A DNA stretch of 63,352 bases, filler included, from Chiloscyllium plagiosum (taxonomy: Eukaryota): the NCBI RefSeq assembly GCF_004010195.1. It is 5 parts of 2 records of this genome, joined end to end, with 100 filler letters (N's around TTAATTAATTAA, not from the genome) between each part and the next. Parts side by side here need not be neighbours in the genome. Positions count along the whole stretch, not along the records: positions 1 to 17,855 come from NC_057712.1; positions 17,956 to 27,295 come from NC_057712.1; 3 more parts are not named here. One strand, 5' to 3'. The notes beneath the pieces are model-generated. The model searched no databases and had not been told where the DNA came from. It saw nothing but the letters and a program-made list of their open reading frames with translations. Position 1 is the first letter of the stretch. Every line of letters begins with the position of its first letter. The translations under genes were made by a program, and so were the position numbers. Of the stretch, positions 13,638 through 24,870 are shown piece by piece.

Positions 13638-14534
13638 TGAACTTTACTTGTCAATTCTTAGCACAGTCCTCCATAATGATGTCTGGATATTGTCCAGATC
13701 TTGCTGTATTTGTACACGGTCAGCTTAAGTATCTGAGATATCATAAATTGTGCCGAGAACTGTGCAGTGTCAGCAAATATGGTGGAGAGAAGACTGTTAA
13801 TGAAGCAACTGAATATCATTTGACCTAGTTAAATAACCCTGAGGAATTCCTCCGTGATGTCATGGAGATAATAATGTTTGGCTTGGATGAGTGCAGCTCC
13901 AACAAGATACAATGCTAATATTCCAGTAACTTTCCTAATTACTCACAGCACTTGCATACCAACCTTTTGTGATTCATGTACAAGGACACCCAGCTAGCTC
14001 CTTCTGCATTTCAGGCTCTGCAATCTCTCACAATTTAGATATATTTTTCCTGAAAAAATTGTCAATTTCACATTTTTTGATGTTATTCTGAATTTGCCAG
14101 ATCTTTGCCAACTAACCTAACCAATCTATGAACAGAATCCTAAAATGAGTCTGGATCTTGCACGTAATGAATTTGTGGCAGACTCAAACAAGAGACCTGG
14201 CAAGTCCTATCTCAATATTGGGAGCATTTTCTAATTTCCTATTTTCTGTGCTTCAATGTAACATCATTTATATATTTGTCGAGTGGTGAGGCAAGTTTTT
14301 GGCTGAGCCACAACAAATTGCCAAATCAGGGGAATTATCGGGGAAGTATAGCTTGTTAAACATCTGATAAATGGTTGAAATGTCCTCATTAACGTTTAGC
14401 AAGTGTCTAACCAAACACTTCAAAAAAACTAATTGTTCAGAAATCTCGAGCTAGAAGTTAGACCAGCTTACCACTGACTGCAAAAGATGCCTCCATGTTA
14501 TTCAGTACCAAGCAACATTAGATTACATTACATA

Positions 14535-14866
14535 TTAGATTACATTCCCTACAGTGTGGAAGCAGGCCCTTCGGCCCAACCAGTCTACACCGACCCTCCA
14601 AAGTGTAACCCACCCAGAACCATTTCCCTCTGACTATTGCACCTAACCTACACATCTCTGAACACTATGGTCAATTTAGCATGGCCAATTCACCTGACCT
14701 GCACATCTTTCGACTGTCGGAGGAAATCAGAGCACCTGGAGGAAACCCACGCAGACACGGGGAGAATGTGCAAACTCCACACAGACAGTCACCTGAGGCT
14801 GGAATCGAACCTGGGAACCCTGGTGCTATGAGGCAGCAGTGCTAACCACTGAGCCACCGTGCCGAC
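14535..14866 (-). mobile_element. HE1-type tRNA-derived SINE (V-SINE)
   Basis: Head GGCACGGTGGCTCAGTGGTTAGCACTGCTGCCTCA, B box GGTTCGATTCC, V-core TGTGTGGAGTTTGCACATTCTCCCCGTGTCTGCGTGGGTTTCCTCC, and a CR1-like tail. Confidence 0.9.
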
Positions 14867-14969
14867 CTAAGCACAATCCATGGTTACGAGCTACATACAT
14901 CCGTTGTACACAGGCATTGGCAGACAACTTTTGCAGATCCTGCATGACCATCACGGCATCCCTCCAATA

Positions 14970-15462
14970 CATAGCGTAATAGACTCCGACAGCACGGAGA
15001 CAGGCCCTTTGCCCCAAACTGGTCCACTGATCAATATGTCCATCCACGCTAACTCCATTTCCCTGCATATGGCCAACATCCTTTTAAACCTTTCCCATCC
15101 AGTTATTTGTCCAAATGTCTTTTAAATGTTGTTAATGTACCCGCCTCAACCACTTCCGCTGGCAGTTCATTCCATATGTATATCACCCTCCGTGTAAAAA
15201 GATTGCCCCCAGTTCCCTTTTACTTTTCCCCCTCTAACCTTAGACTGATGTCCTCGATTCCCCAACCCTGGTAAAAAGACTTGGTACATTCACCCTATCC
15301 ATGCCTCTCATGATCTTATACACTTCCATAAGATCCCTGCTCGGTCTTCTACGCTCTAAAGAAAACAGTCTGAGCTTGTCCAACATCTCCTGATAGCTCA
15401 GACCATTGCCATGTAAATTTCTTCTGCACTCTCTCCATTTTAATAACATCCTTCCTATAGCA
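14970..15462 (-). mobile_element. CR1 3' fragment
   Basis: [20 protein letters not shown]...EVYKIMRGMDRV followed by the CR1 3' tail. Confidence 0.85.
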
Positions 15463-15743
15463 GATTTTGAGCAGATTTGTAGCTTAGGTTGAGGTTCTGG
15501 ATGTAGAACCTCAAGCTTGCTGAGCTGGAAGGTTCATTTTCAGACATTTCGTCACCATACTAGGTAATATCTTCAGTGAGGCCTCGAATGAAACACTGGT
15601 GGTGTAGCCCGTTTTCTATTTATATGTTTGTGTTTCCTAGGGTTGATGATGTCATTTCCTGTGGTGACATCATTTCCTATGGTGATGTAATCTCCTGTTC
15701 TTTTTAGGGTGTAGGTTTACTCACTGAGCTGTAGGTTTGATAT

Positions 15744-15783
15744 CCAGACGTTTCATTACCTGGCTAGGTAACATCATCAGTGG
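15744..15783 (-). ncRNA. Minimal hammerhead ribozyme motif (family C)
   Basis: Minus strand CCA-CTGATGA-T-GTTACCT-AGCC-AGGTAAT-GAAA-CG-TC-TGG: 3-bp stem I, 7-bp stem II with one G-U pair, palindromic ACGT, GUC cleavage triplet. Confidence 0.75.
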
Positions 15784-16398
15784 TGACCTCCAAGTGAAGC
15801 GAAGCTGTTGTCTCCTGCTTTCTATTTATATGTTTGTCCTGGATGGGGTTCCTGGGGTTTGTGGTGATGTCATTTCCTGTTCGTTTTCTGAGGGGTTGAT
15901 AGATGGCATCTAGATCTATGTGTTTGTTTATGGCGTTGTGGTTGGAGTGCCAGGCCTCTAGGAATTCTCTGGCATGTCTTTGCACTGGAGAGAGGCAAAT
16001 GTAATTCCTCTCTTCAAGAAAGGAAATAGGGAAATCCCCGGCAATTACAGACCAGTCAGTCTCACGTCTGTCGTCTGCAAGGTGTTAGAAAGGATTCTGA
16101 GGGATAGGATTTATTTGAGAGTGTTGGTGGGTTTGTGTGCTACTAGGATTCCGAGGGGTCTTAGTAGTCTGGCTGTCATTTCTGTTCTTTTTCTCAAGAG
16201 GTGGTAAATCGGGTCCAAGTCAATGTATTTGTTGATAGAGTTCCGGTTGGAATGCCATGTTTCTAGGAATTCTCATGCATGTCTCTGTTTGGCTTGTCCG
16301 AGGATGGATGAATTGTCCCAGTCGAAGTGGTGCCCTTGCTCCTCCGTATGTAAGGATACTAGTGAGAGAGGGTCATGTCATTTTGTGGCTAGTTGACA

Positions 16399-16624
16399 AT
16401 GTGTTGCTAGAAAAACACAGCAGGTCAGGCAGCATCCGAGGAGCAGGAAAATCAATGTTTTGTGCTGGACCCCTTAATCAGGAATAAGGCTCATTCCTGA
16501 TGAAGGGCTCCGGCCCGAAACATTGATTTTCCTGCTCCTTGGATGGTACCTGAAATGCTGTGCTTTTCCAGCAACATACTACCAACTCTGATCTCCAGCA
16601 TCTGCAGACCTCACTGTCTTCTCC
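16399..16624. mobile_element. Fold-back PLE mini-element inserted in another PLE
   Basis: Inverted and direct pLTR arms meet near 16490. An 18-bp TSD with two mismatches lies at 16381-16398 and 16625-16642. Confidence 0.75.
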
Positions 16625-17084
16625 TTTTGTAGCTAGTTAACATTCATGTCTCCTGGTGGCTAATTTTCTGCCTGTTTGTCCAATGTAGTGTTTGCTACAG
16701 TTCTTGCAAGGTATTTTGTAAATGACACTAATTTTGATTGTTGTTTATATAGGGTCTTTCAAGTTCATTAGCTGCTGTTTTAGTGTGTTGGTGGGTTTGT
16801 GGGCTACCATGATACCAAGGGGTCTGGTAGCCCGCAAACCCACAAATTTAGTAATTATGCCTTGTACATTCTCATCCAAATGTAGACAATAAACAATAAT
16901 GGGCCCAGCACCGACCCCTGAGGCACTCCACTAGTCACAGGCCTCCAGTCCAACAAGCATCCTTCCACTATTACCCTCTGCTTCCTACCAATTTGTATCC
17001 AATTTGACAGCTCCCCCTGTATTTCATGCAATCTAACCTTCCAGAACAGCCTGGAACCTTATCAAAAGCCTTCACTTTTCTCAG

Positions 17085-17589
17085 CGGTAGTTGGAGTGGA
17101 AGGAGTGACAGCGCGGACCAGAGGCACAACAGAAAGGTAAAATTTTAAAATATATAACGGTTTAGGCATTATATATTGTGTATAGGTGGAGCGCACACTA
17201 AGTAGGAGCAGACACGGGACTGCTGGGTAAATTAAGTTTTATATTTGTGTGGTGTCTCAGGTAGTGTCTATTCTGGTTGTGTCTTTCACCCGTCCTCCTC
17301 CTGTAACCAAAAAAAAGGTTCTGTGCGCCAGATTGGTAAGGTGACTGATTTCTTTTATTTATTTTTTCAGTAGTCTCGTTGGGAATTTAGAATAGTGGAA
17401 ATCGAGGTTTATGCAGTTGAATGTTCCTCCCGCAGAATGTGGGATGTAAGGGCTACCACTAATGTCCCTGCAACTGTGAGAAGTGCACCCAACTCCAGCT
17501 CCTCGAAAACTGCGTTAAGGAACTGGAGCAGGAGCTGGATCGGCTTCAGATCATTCGGGAGGTTATTGAGAGGAGTTATAGGGAGGTAA
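17085..17589 (+). mobile_element. CR1 5'UTR and ORF1 N-terminus
   Basis: Collinear with 2958-3450; peptide AVECSSRRMWDVRATT. Confidence 0.85.
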
Positions 17590-17855
17590 TTTGAGTGCGA
17601 GCAGCAGCTAAGGTAAGACAGTTTGTTTTAAAATTACTTACCGGTAGCGGGCAGCGGTGTTTTTTTTCTCTCTTTACAGAAAGAGCGGGAGCAGCAGGGG
17701 AAAGTGACGAAGACCGGAGGGGCAGCCGGGAAGGAGAGCAGTGAGTATAAATACTCACCCTTCGACCCCAACGGTCACTTTGAGTGCGAGCAGCAGCTAA
17801 GGTAAGACAGTTTGTTTTAAAATTACTTACCGGTAGCGGGCAGCGGTGTTTTTTT
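17590..17855. repeat. CpG-rich direct repeat, period about 189 bp, running into a gap
   Basis: TTTGAGTGCGAGCAGCAGCTAAGGTAAGACAG...GCAGCGGTGTTTTTT starts at 17590 and again at 17779. Confidence 0.8.
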
Positions 17856-17955
17856 NNNNNNNNNNNNNNNNNNNNNNNNNNNNNNNNNNNNNNNNNNNNT
17901 TAATTAATTAANNNNNNNNNNNNNNNNNNNNNNNNNNNNNNNNNNNNNNNNNNNN

Positions 17956-18605
17956 GCCTCCAGTCTGAAAAACAACCCTCCACCACCACCCTCTGTCTTC
18001 TACCTTTGAGCCAGTTCTGTATCCAAATGGCTAGTTCTCCCTGTATTCCATGAGATCTAACCTTGCTAATCAGTCTCCCATAGGGAACCTTGTCGAATGC
18101 CTTACTGAAGTCCATATAGATCACATCTACTGCTCTGCCCTCATCAATCTTCTTTGTTACTTCTTCAAAAAACTCAGTCAAGTTTGTGAGACAGAATTTC
18201 CCACACAGAAAGCTATGTTGACTATCCCTAATTAGTCCTTGCCTTTCCAAATACATGTGCATCCTATCCCTCAGGGTTCCCTCCAACAACTTGCCCACAG
18301 CCAGAGACTTTTCCCCAGGGCAGGATTGACTGGTACGAGAAGTCATAGTTTGAAGATATTAGGAGGATGGTATAAAGGAGACGTCAGAGGTAGGTTCTTT
18401 ACGCAGAGAGTTGTGAATGCATGGAATGCGTTGCCAGCTGTGGTGATGGAAGCAGAGTCATTGGGGACATATAAGCAACTGCTGGACATGCACATGGATA
18501 GCAGTGAGTTGAGGGGTGCGTAGGTTTCGTTACTATATTTCACATTAGGATTAAATCTCGGCACAACATCGTGGGCCAAAGGGCCTGTTCTGTGCTGGAC
18601 TTTTC
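17956..18605. mobile_element. CR1 RT fragment (minus) abutting a CR1 3' end (plus)
   Basis: Minus strand VDVIYMDFSKAFDKVPYGRL; plus strand FFTQRVVNAWNALP and tail. Confidence 0.85.
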
Positions 18606-18644
18606 ATTACGAGTACCATGATTTTCCCAAGGGTGTGCCATTTT

Positions 18645-19150
18645 CCCACTGGTCCTCACCCTCAATTTCTCCTTCGAATCGTCCCGTTTCCTCCAGACGA
18701 AAGGGGTAGCCATGGACCCCAGCTATGCCTAAATTTGTCAGCTACGTAGAACAGTCCATCTTCCAGAGTTACATTGGCATCTTTTCCTCCGCTACATTAA
18801 TGACTGCATCGACACCACCTCGTGCTCCCACAAGGAGATCGAACAGTTCATCAACTTCACCAACACATTTCCCTCAACCTCAAATTCACCTGGACCATCT
18901 CTGACACCTCCCTCCCCTTTCTGGACCTCTCCATCTCTATCAACGATGACCGAATCAACACTGATTTGTTTTGCAAACATAGACTCCCACAGCTACCTGG
19001 ATTACACCTCCTCCCACCCTACCTCCTGAAAAAATGCTATCCTGTATTCCCAATTGCTCCGCCTCTGCCACATCTGCTCCCAGGAGAACCACTTCCACCA
19101 CAGAACACACCAGATGGCCTCCTTCTTTAAAGTCCAAGATTTCCCATCCC
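18645..19150 (+). mobile_element. Neptune-like PLE reverse transcriptase fragment
   Basis: Collinear with 56560-56960 (FLRYINDCI, LKFTWTISDTSLPFLDLSISI). Confidence 0.85.
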
Positions 19151-19479
19151 AGGATGAGTAGAGTAGTGATCTCGGGCTTGCTACCGGTGCCAAGAGATAG
19201 TGAGGTGAGGAACAGTCAGCGAATGCAGCTTAACACGTGGCTGCAAGGATGGTGCAGGAGGGAGGGCTTCAGATACCTAGACCATTGGGAAACCTTCTGG
19301 GTAAGTTGGTACCTGTACATGAAGGGCGGGTTGCACCTGAAATGGAGGGGCACAAATGTCCTGGGTGGGAGATTTGCTTGTGTGGTTCGGGAGGGTTTAA
19401 ACTAGTTTGGTAGGAGGATGGGAACCAGAGCCGCATGTCGAGAGAGGGGTAGTTGCAGATGGCACAGTAACAGGATGGT

Positions 19480-19690
19480 AAGAGGCCCCTGGTATTTGAG
19501 GTTACAGGGGGCAAGAGGCCCCGAATTTGAGGTTACAGGGGGCAAGAGGCCCCTGGTATTTGAAGTTACAGGGGGCAAGAGGCCCGTGGTATTTGAGGTT
19601 ACAGGGCGCAAGAGGCCCCGAATTTGAGGTTACAGGGGGCAAGAGGCTCCTGATATTTGAAGTTACAGGGAGCAAGAGGTTCTTGGTATT
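19480..19690. repeat. Minisatellite with 33/31/33-bp units forming a 97-bp higher-order repeat
   Basis: AAGAGG units start at 19480, 19513, 19544, 19577, 19610, 19641 and 19674. Confidence 0.9.
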
Positions 19691-19709
19691 TAATTATAGA
19701 TTATTATTA

Positions 19710-20067
19710 TAGTCATAGAGTCATAGAGATGTACAGCATGGAAACAGACCCTTCGGTCCAACTCGTTCATGCCGACTAGATATTGCAACACAATCTAGTC
19801 CCACTTGCTAGCACCCGGCTCATATACCTCCAAACCCTTCCTATTCATATACCCATCCAGACGCAATCCAGGTGGACTCCCCCCACCCCAGGGAAAAGAT
19901 TTTGTCTATTTACCCTATCCATGCTCCTCAGGATTTTATAAAGCTCTATAAGGTCACCCCTCAGCCTCCGACGCTCCAGGGAAAACAGCCCCAGCCTATT
20001 TAACCTCTCCCTATAGGTCAAATCCTCCAACCCTGACAACATCCTTGTAAATCTTTTCTGAACCCTT
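19710..20067 (-). mobile_element. CR1 3' fragment with (GACTCTAT)n tail
   Basis: [34 protein letters not shown]. Confidence 0.85.
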
Positions 20068-20234
20068 GATATAAAAAATTTATTTTCAAAACAAAAGAAA
20101 GAAATATCACGATATTTTATAATGAAAGTTATTTTATAATAAAAAGGTATGTGAAATTGATTAGCATCTGTGGAAGTTTGATCAGGGGAGTAATATTTTT
20201 TAAATTAGTTGCCATAAAACTGAAGTATCTTTAA

Positions 20235-20830
20235 AATGAAGTATATCTTTACATATACAGAACAGATGATTCATCATCGTTAGAGAAATTATGTGAAAAA
20301 TTTCCTGAAAGGTCCGAGTCTAAACAAAACATTGGGTGATGAAGAATATCATTAGGCATCCCTAAATCTGTTCGATTGGTTAAATCAGCTCAGCAATTGA
20401 TTTAGCAACATAACATGGGAGTGGGAACGAAAGAGTTAATTAGACTATGGTGACAGTTTTGTGATGAGAGGCACAAAGAATCAGTTTTGCGCTCACGACA
20501 GGATACTGCCACCAAATTGGGGAATAAATTAACTGCAAATGGTGCGATGAAATCAGTTGAGGTTCTTAAAAGTGAAGTGCTCGAGCAAAATAAATACAGA
20601 AACAAAAGGAGAAGTCACAGTGACTGGTAAACAAGCAGAACTGCGCTATTCGATGGTTGGCCTTAGTTTTAATGAGGAAGACAATGATAACTCGGATTGA
20701 GATGAGTGGTGCTTTTTTTTAATATTATTATATAATTTTTTTTGCAGCTCCTATTTCAGACTCTTCCTTATAGGCTGATCGGTCTTTGGAATGTCCAGCT
20801 GTTCCACTTAATTCCCAATAACTTCACTGC
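20235..20830 (+). pseudogene. Decayed coding-like segment, tentatively a retroviral gag N-terminus
   Basis: Stitching across frameshifts gives SLEKLCEKFPE / SLNKTLGDEE / LGIPKSVRLVKSAQQLI*QHNMGVGTKELIRLW*QFCDERHKESVL. The pattern resembles fish ERV matrix regions, from memory only. Confidence 0.3.
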
Positions 20831-21861
20831 TGTAGTCCAGGAACAACATTGCTTGCTTTGTTGCTTTTTTGTTCGTTTTGGTGATTGTTCTTTGCTTATG
20901 GAATATGGAGGCTGGCCATTATTCTTTCTTGATGTATTAAAAGATAAGGCTGATTACCCTGTTTCAATACGCAAAGAAATGGAATGTTTACAGAATGATG
21001 ACATGTCCAATTGTATAGATTAAATATATATGAATAAAGTATATTTTTGAAATAAAAAAAAATATGTTCAGCTTGGCTTGTCTTGATTTGTTGCTTTTTG
21101 TTTGTTTTGGTTTCTTTATTTATGGAATATGGAGGGTGGCCGTTATTCTTTCTTGATGTGTTAAAAGAGAAGGCTGGCCAATGGTAACAATTCTCCTACA
21201 CTTGGTTAAGCAATGATGTCACAGCCAGGACCTATCAGACTAAACTCCCAAGCTGAAAACTGAGGTCTGTGTCTGTGTGTGTGAGCGAGAGAGAAAAGAG
21301 CTGGATAGCTAATAGAAAGTTTAACCCTTTGTGATTCGGTTTGAATGCACATTTGTTTGTTGNNNNNNNNNNNNNNNNNNNNNNNNNNNNNNNNNNNNNN
21401 NNNNNNNNNNNNNNNNNNNNNNNNNNNNNNNNNNNNNNNNNNNNNNNNNNNNNNNNNNNNNNNNNNNNNNNNNNNNNNNNNNNNNNNNNNNNNNNNNNNN
21501 NNNNNNNNNNNNNNNNNNNNNNNNNNNNNNNNNNNNNNNNNNNNNNNNNNNNNNNNNNNNNNNNNNNNNNNNNNNNNNNNNNNNNNNNNNNNNNNNNNNN
21601 NNNNNNNNNNNNNNNNNNNNNNNNNNNNNNNNNNNNNNNNNNNNNNNNNNNNNNNNNNNNNNNNNNNNNNNNNNNNNNNNNNNNNNNNNNNNNNNNNNNN
21701 NNNNNNNNNNNNNNNNNNNNNNNNNNNNNNNNNNNNNNNNNNNNNNNNNNNNNNNNNNNNNNNNNNNNNNNNNNNNNNNNNNNNNNNNNNNNNNNNNNNN
21801 NNNNNNNNNNNNNNNNNNNNNNNNNNNNNNNNNNNNNNNNNNNNNNNNNNNNNNNNNNNNN

Positions 21862-24800
21862 NGGGCAAGTTAATGGAGCTAAAGGTTAGACAAGTCTCCT
21901 GGCCCTGATGGAATGCATCCCAGGGTACTAAAGGAGATGGCAGGAGAAATAGCAAATGCACTTGTGGTAATTTTTAAAAATTGGCAGGACTCTGGGGCAG
22001 TTTGGAAAACAGCAAATGTGACACAACTGTTTAAAAAAGGAGGTAGAGAAAAGATGGGGAATTACAGACTGGTTAGCTTAACTTCTGCAGTGGAGAAATG
22101 CTTGAATCTATTATCAAGGAAGAATTATCAAGGGCGACACGGTGACTCAGTGGTTAACACTGCTGCCTCACAGTGCCTGGGGCCTCCACACAGTCAATTG
22201 CAGCGTCAGGTGACTGTATGGAGTTTGCATCTTCTCCCTATGTCTGTGTGGGTTTCTTCTCACTCACTCTCTCTCTCCACCGCTCCCATGGCCTCTTGCT
22301 CACTACCCCCTCCCACTTTCTCTCTCTACTACCCTCTCACTCACACTCTCTCATACTCACTCTCTCTCTCTCTGTATATCCCCTCCCACAATCTCGCTCT
22401 ACCCCATCCCACACACTCTCTCTGCCACCTCCCACTCTCTCTCTCTATAACCCTCCCACTCTCTGGACTGGACTGGAGGGCTTGTCTTATGAAGAAAGGT
22501 TCACTAAACTCGGATTTTTCTCGTTGGAGAGAAGGAGGAAGAGAGGTGACCTGATCAAGGTATGCAAGGTAATGAGAGGCATGGATACAGTCAATAGCCA
22601 GAGACTTTTGCCTAGGGCAGGATTGACTGGCACGAGGGGTCATAGTTTTAAGATATTAAGAGTAAGGTATAGAGGAGACGTTAGAGGTAGATTCTTTACG
22701 CAGAGAGTTGTGAATGCATGGAATGCATTGCCAGTGCTGGTGGTGGAAGCAGAGTCATTAGGGACCTTTAAGTGACTGCTGGACATGCACATGGACAGCA
22801 GTGAATTGAGGGGTGCGTAGGTTAGGTTATTTTAATTTAGTTTTGGAATAATCCTCGGCACAACGTCGTGGGCCGAAGGGCCTGTTCTGTGCTATACTTT
22901 TTTGTGTTCTAAGACAGAGACTGTGTGGTCTTGAGATTAAGTTAATGTAATCTTTAATTATTGTGTTATTGAAGCAGCATTTTTATAGAGTTGGGGTCTG
23001 ACAGTAAGTAGTTAAGGAAAAAAGGGGCTTGAATCTTTTAATAGTTTTTGTTTAGTGTTCAGCATTAGAGTTGGGAAGATAAATTGTTATTTTTCTTTAA
23101 TAGTGGAAATTAAAAGTTCTCTGTCACTCTCACATTTTAACAGATTACGTGGCAAGGTGAGCTTTTCTGGATGTTTGGTTTTAATTAATAGAGCGGTTCA
23201 ACCTCCACGTTCTAACATAAAATAGAAGTAGAGAAGATGTTTCCACTGGTGGGTGAAACTAAGAAAAGAGGGCATAGCTTCAAAATTAGGGGGAGCAGAG
23301 TTCAGACTGAGTTCAGAAGAAACGTCTTCACCCAGAAGGTAGGTCTGCAGGTGCAACAGGTAATTAAAGCAAATGGAATTTTGTCCTTCATTACAAAAGG
23401 GGTTGACTTTAAAAGCAGGGAGGTTATGTTGCAGCTGTATAATGTGCTGGTGAAGCCATACCTGGAGTACTGTGTGCACTTTTAGTGAAATTCCATGTCA
23501 GGTGAAGTACTTGACGCTTTTTCATTGAATGTTTTTAAAGCTAAGACAGTTTATTTTTCTGAAAAGTAAAGAGAATAAGGGTTATATTGAGAGGGCAGGT
23601 AAGTATGTTCTCAAGGGGGAGAGGGGCCAGCAAGAGGTCAGTCTCCACATTGCTACCACAGGAAGGGAAAAGATTGAGTTAGGCAGGAATTTAAAAAGGA
23701 GGTCCTCGAGAGTAGTAATATCTGGAATACTCCTGGTGCTATGAGCTAGTGAGGGCAGGAATAGGAGGACAGAACAGATGAATGCATGGCTGAGGAGCTG
23801 GTGTATGGGAGAAGGATTCACATTTTTGGATCACTGGAATCTCTTTTGGGGTAGCAGTGACCTGTACAAGAAGGACGAATTGCACCTAAATTGGAAGGGG
23901 ACTAGTATACTGGCAGGGAGATTTGCTAGGGTCTGTTTCCATGCTGTACATCTCTATGACTCTAAGTAGAGCTGAGGCCACAAAAAGAACAGCCATAATC
24001 TTACTGAATGGCAGAGCAGACACAAAGGGCCAGGCGGCCTACTCCTGCTCCTATTTATTATGTTCTTTTGTTCTATATTCCTGTACTGAGGTGACCAGAA
24101 GTGCACACAGTATTTCAGTGGCCTGACCAAAACTCTGTACAACTCAAACATTACCTCCTTGCTCTTATACTCTCTGCCACAACTTGCCATGAAAACATGT
24201 GTCCAATGTATCTTCTTAACTATCCTATTCACTTGCTCTTCCAAATTCAGGGATCTGTGAATAATTACCCCAAAATCTTTTAAGCTACACAGTGTCCTGT
24301 AATTCATTAAATACTCAGCTTGTTGTTTCTTCCAAAGTGCATCACCTCACACTTCGCAGAGCAAAGCCATCAGCCACTGTTCTGTCCATCTGACTATCTT
24401 CTTGTAACCCAAACCCATCGTACAGAGAATGTGCAGCATGGAAACAGACACTTCAGTCCATGCCAACCAGATATCCAAAATAAATCCACACCCATTTGTC
24501 AGCATTTGGCCCATATCCCTCGAAACTCTTCTTATTCATGTACCTATCCAGATGCCTTTTAAATGTTTTGTATCAGCTTTTACCACCTCCTTTGGCAGCT
24601 CATTCCATATATGCTACACCTTCGGTGTGAAAAGATGTTCCTGAGGTCTCTTTTAAATCGTTTCCCTCTTACCTTAAACCTATGCCTTTTAGTTTCAGAC
24701 TCCCCTACTCTGGGGAAAAGACATTGACAATGCATCCTATCAATGTCTCTCATGACTTTTATAAACTTCTATGAGGTCATCCCCTCAGCCTCTGAAGCTC

Positions 24801-24870
24801 CAGGGAAAATAGCCCCAGATCATTCAGCCTCTTCCTAAAGCTCAAACCCTCCAACCCTGGTAACATCATT
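21862..24870. mobile_element. Mosaic of CR1 fragments, a partial HE1 SINE (about 22132-22260), a CT-rich simple repeat (22260-22460) and an LTR-like end (about 22915-23217)
   Basis: CR1 ORF2 and ORF1 peptides in both orientations (MHPRVLKEMAGEI, KPYLEYCVHF, KDELHLNWKG), a SINE head, and an AT-rich tract ending TTCTAACA. Confidence 0.7.

Larger units (their letters stand above)
15463..16830 (-). mobile_element. Nested Poseidon-like PLE 3' ends (GIY-YIG C-terminus plus pLTRs) with CR1 and fold-back inserts
   Basis: QRHAREFLEAWHSNHNAINKHIDLDAIYQPL. Hammerhead cores at about 15540-15578 and 15744-15783. CR1 piece at about 15980-16113. Fold-back insert at 16399-16624. Confidence 0.8.

Noticed and set aside
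12700..13900. Old LINE-like sequence with an internal ~165-bp duplication (related pieces near 58050-58300, 60740-60900 and 62350-62930)
   Set aside because: It is probably an ancient repeat, but too decayed for me to assign a family or boundaries.
14867..14970. Minus-strand peptide RMYVARNHG as a possible next FBXO41 exon
   Set aside because: The resemblance is weak, no convincing splice sites were found, and it is wedged between a SINE and a CR1 tail.
21206..21961. Long ORFs crossing N-runs (also 55697-56299)
   Set aside because: They are artefacts of translating gaps.
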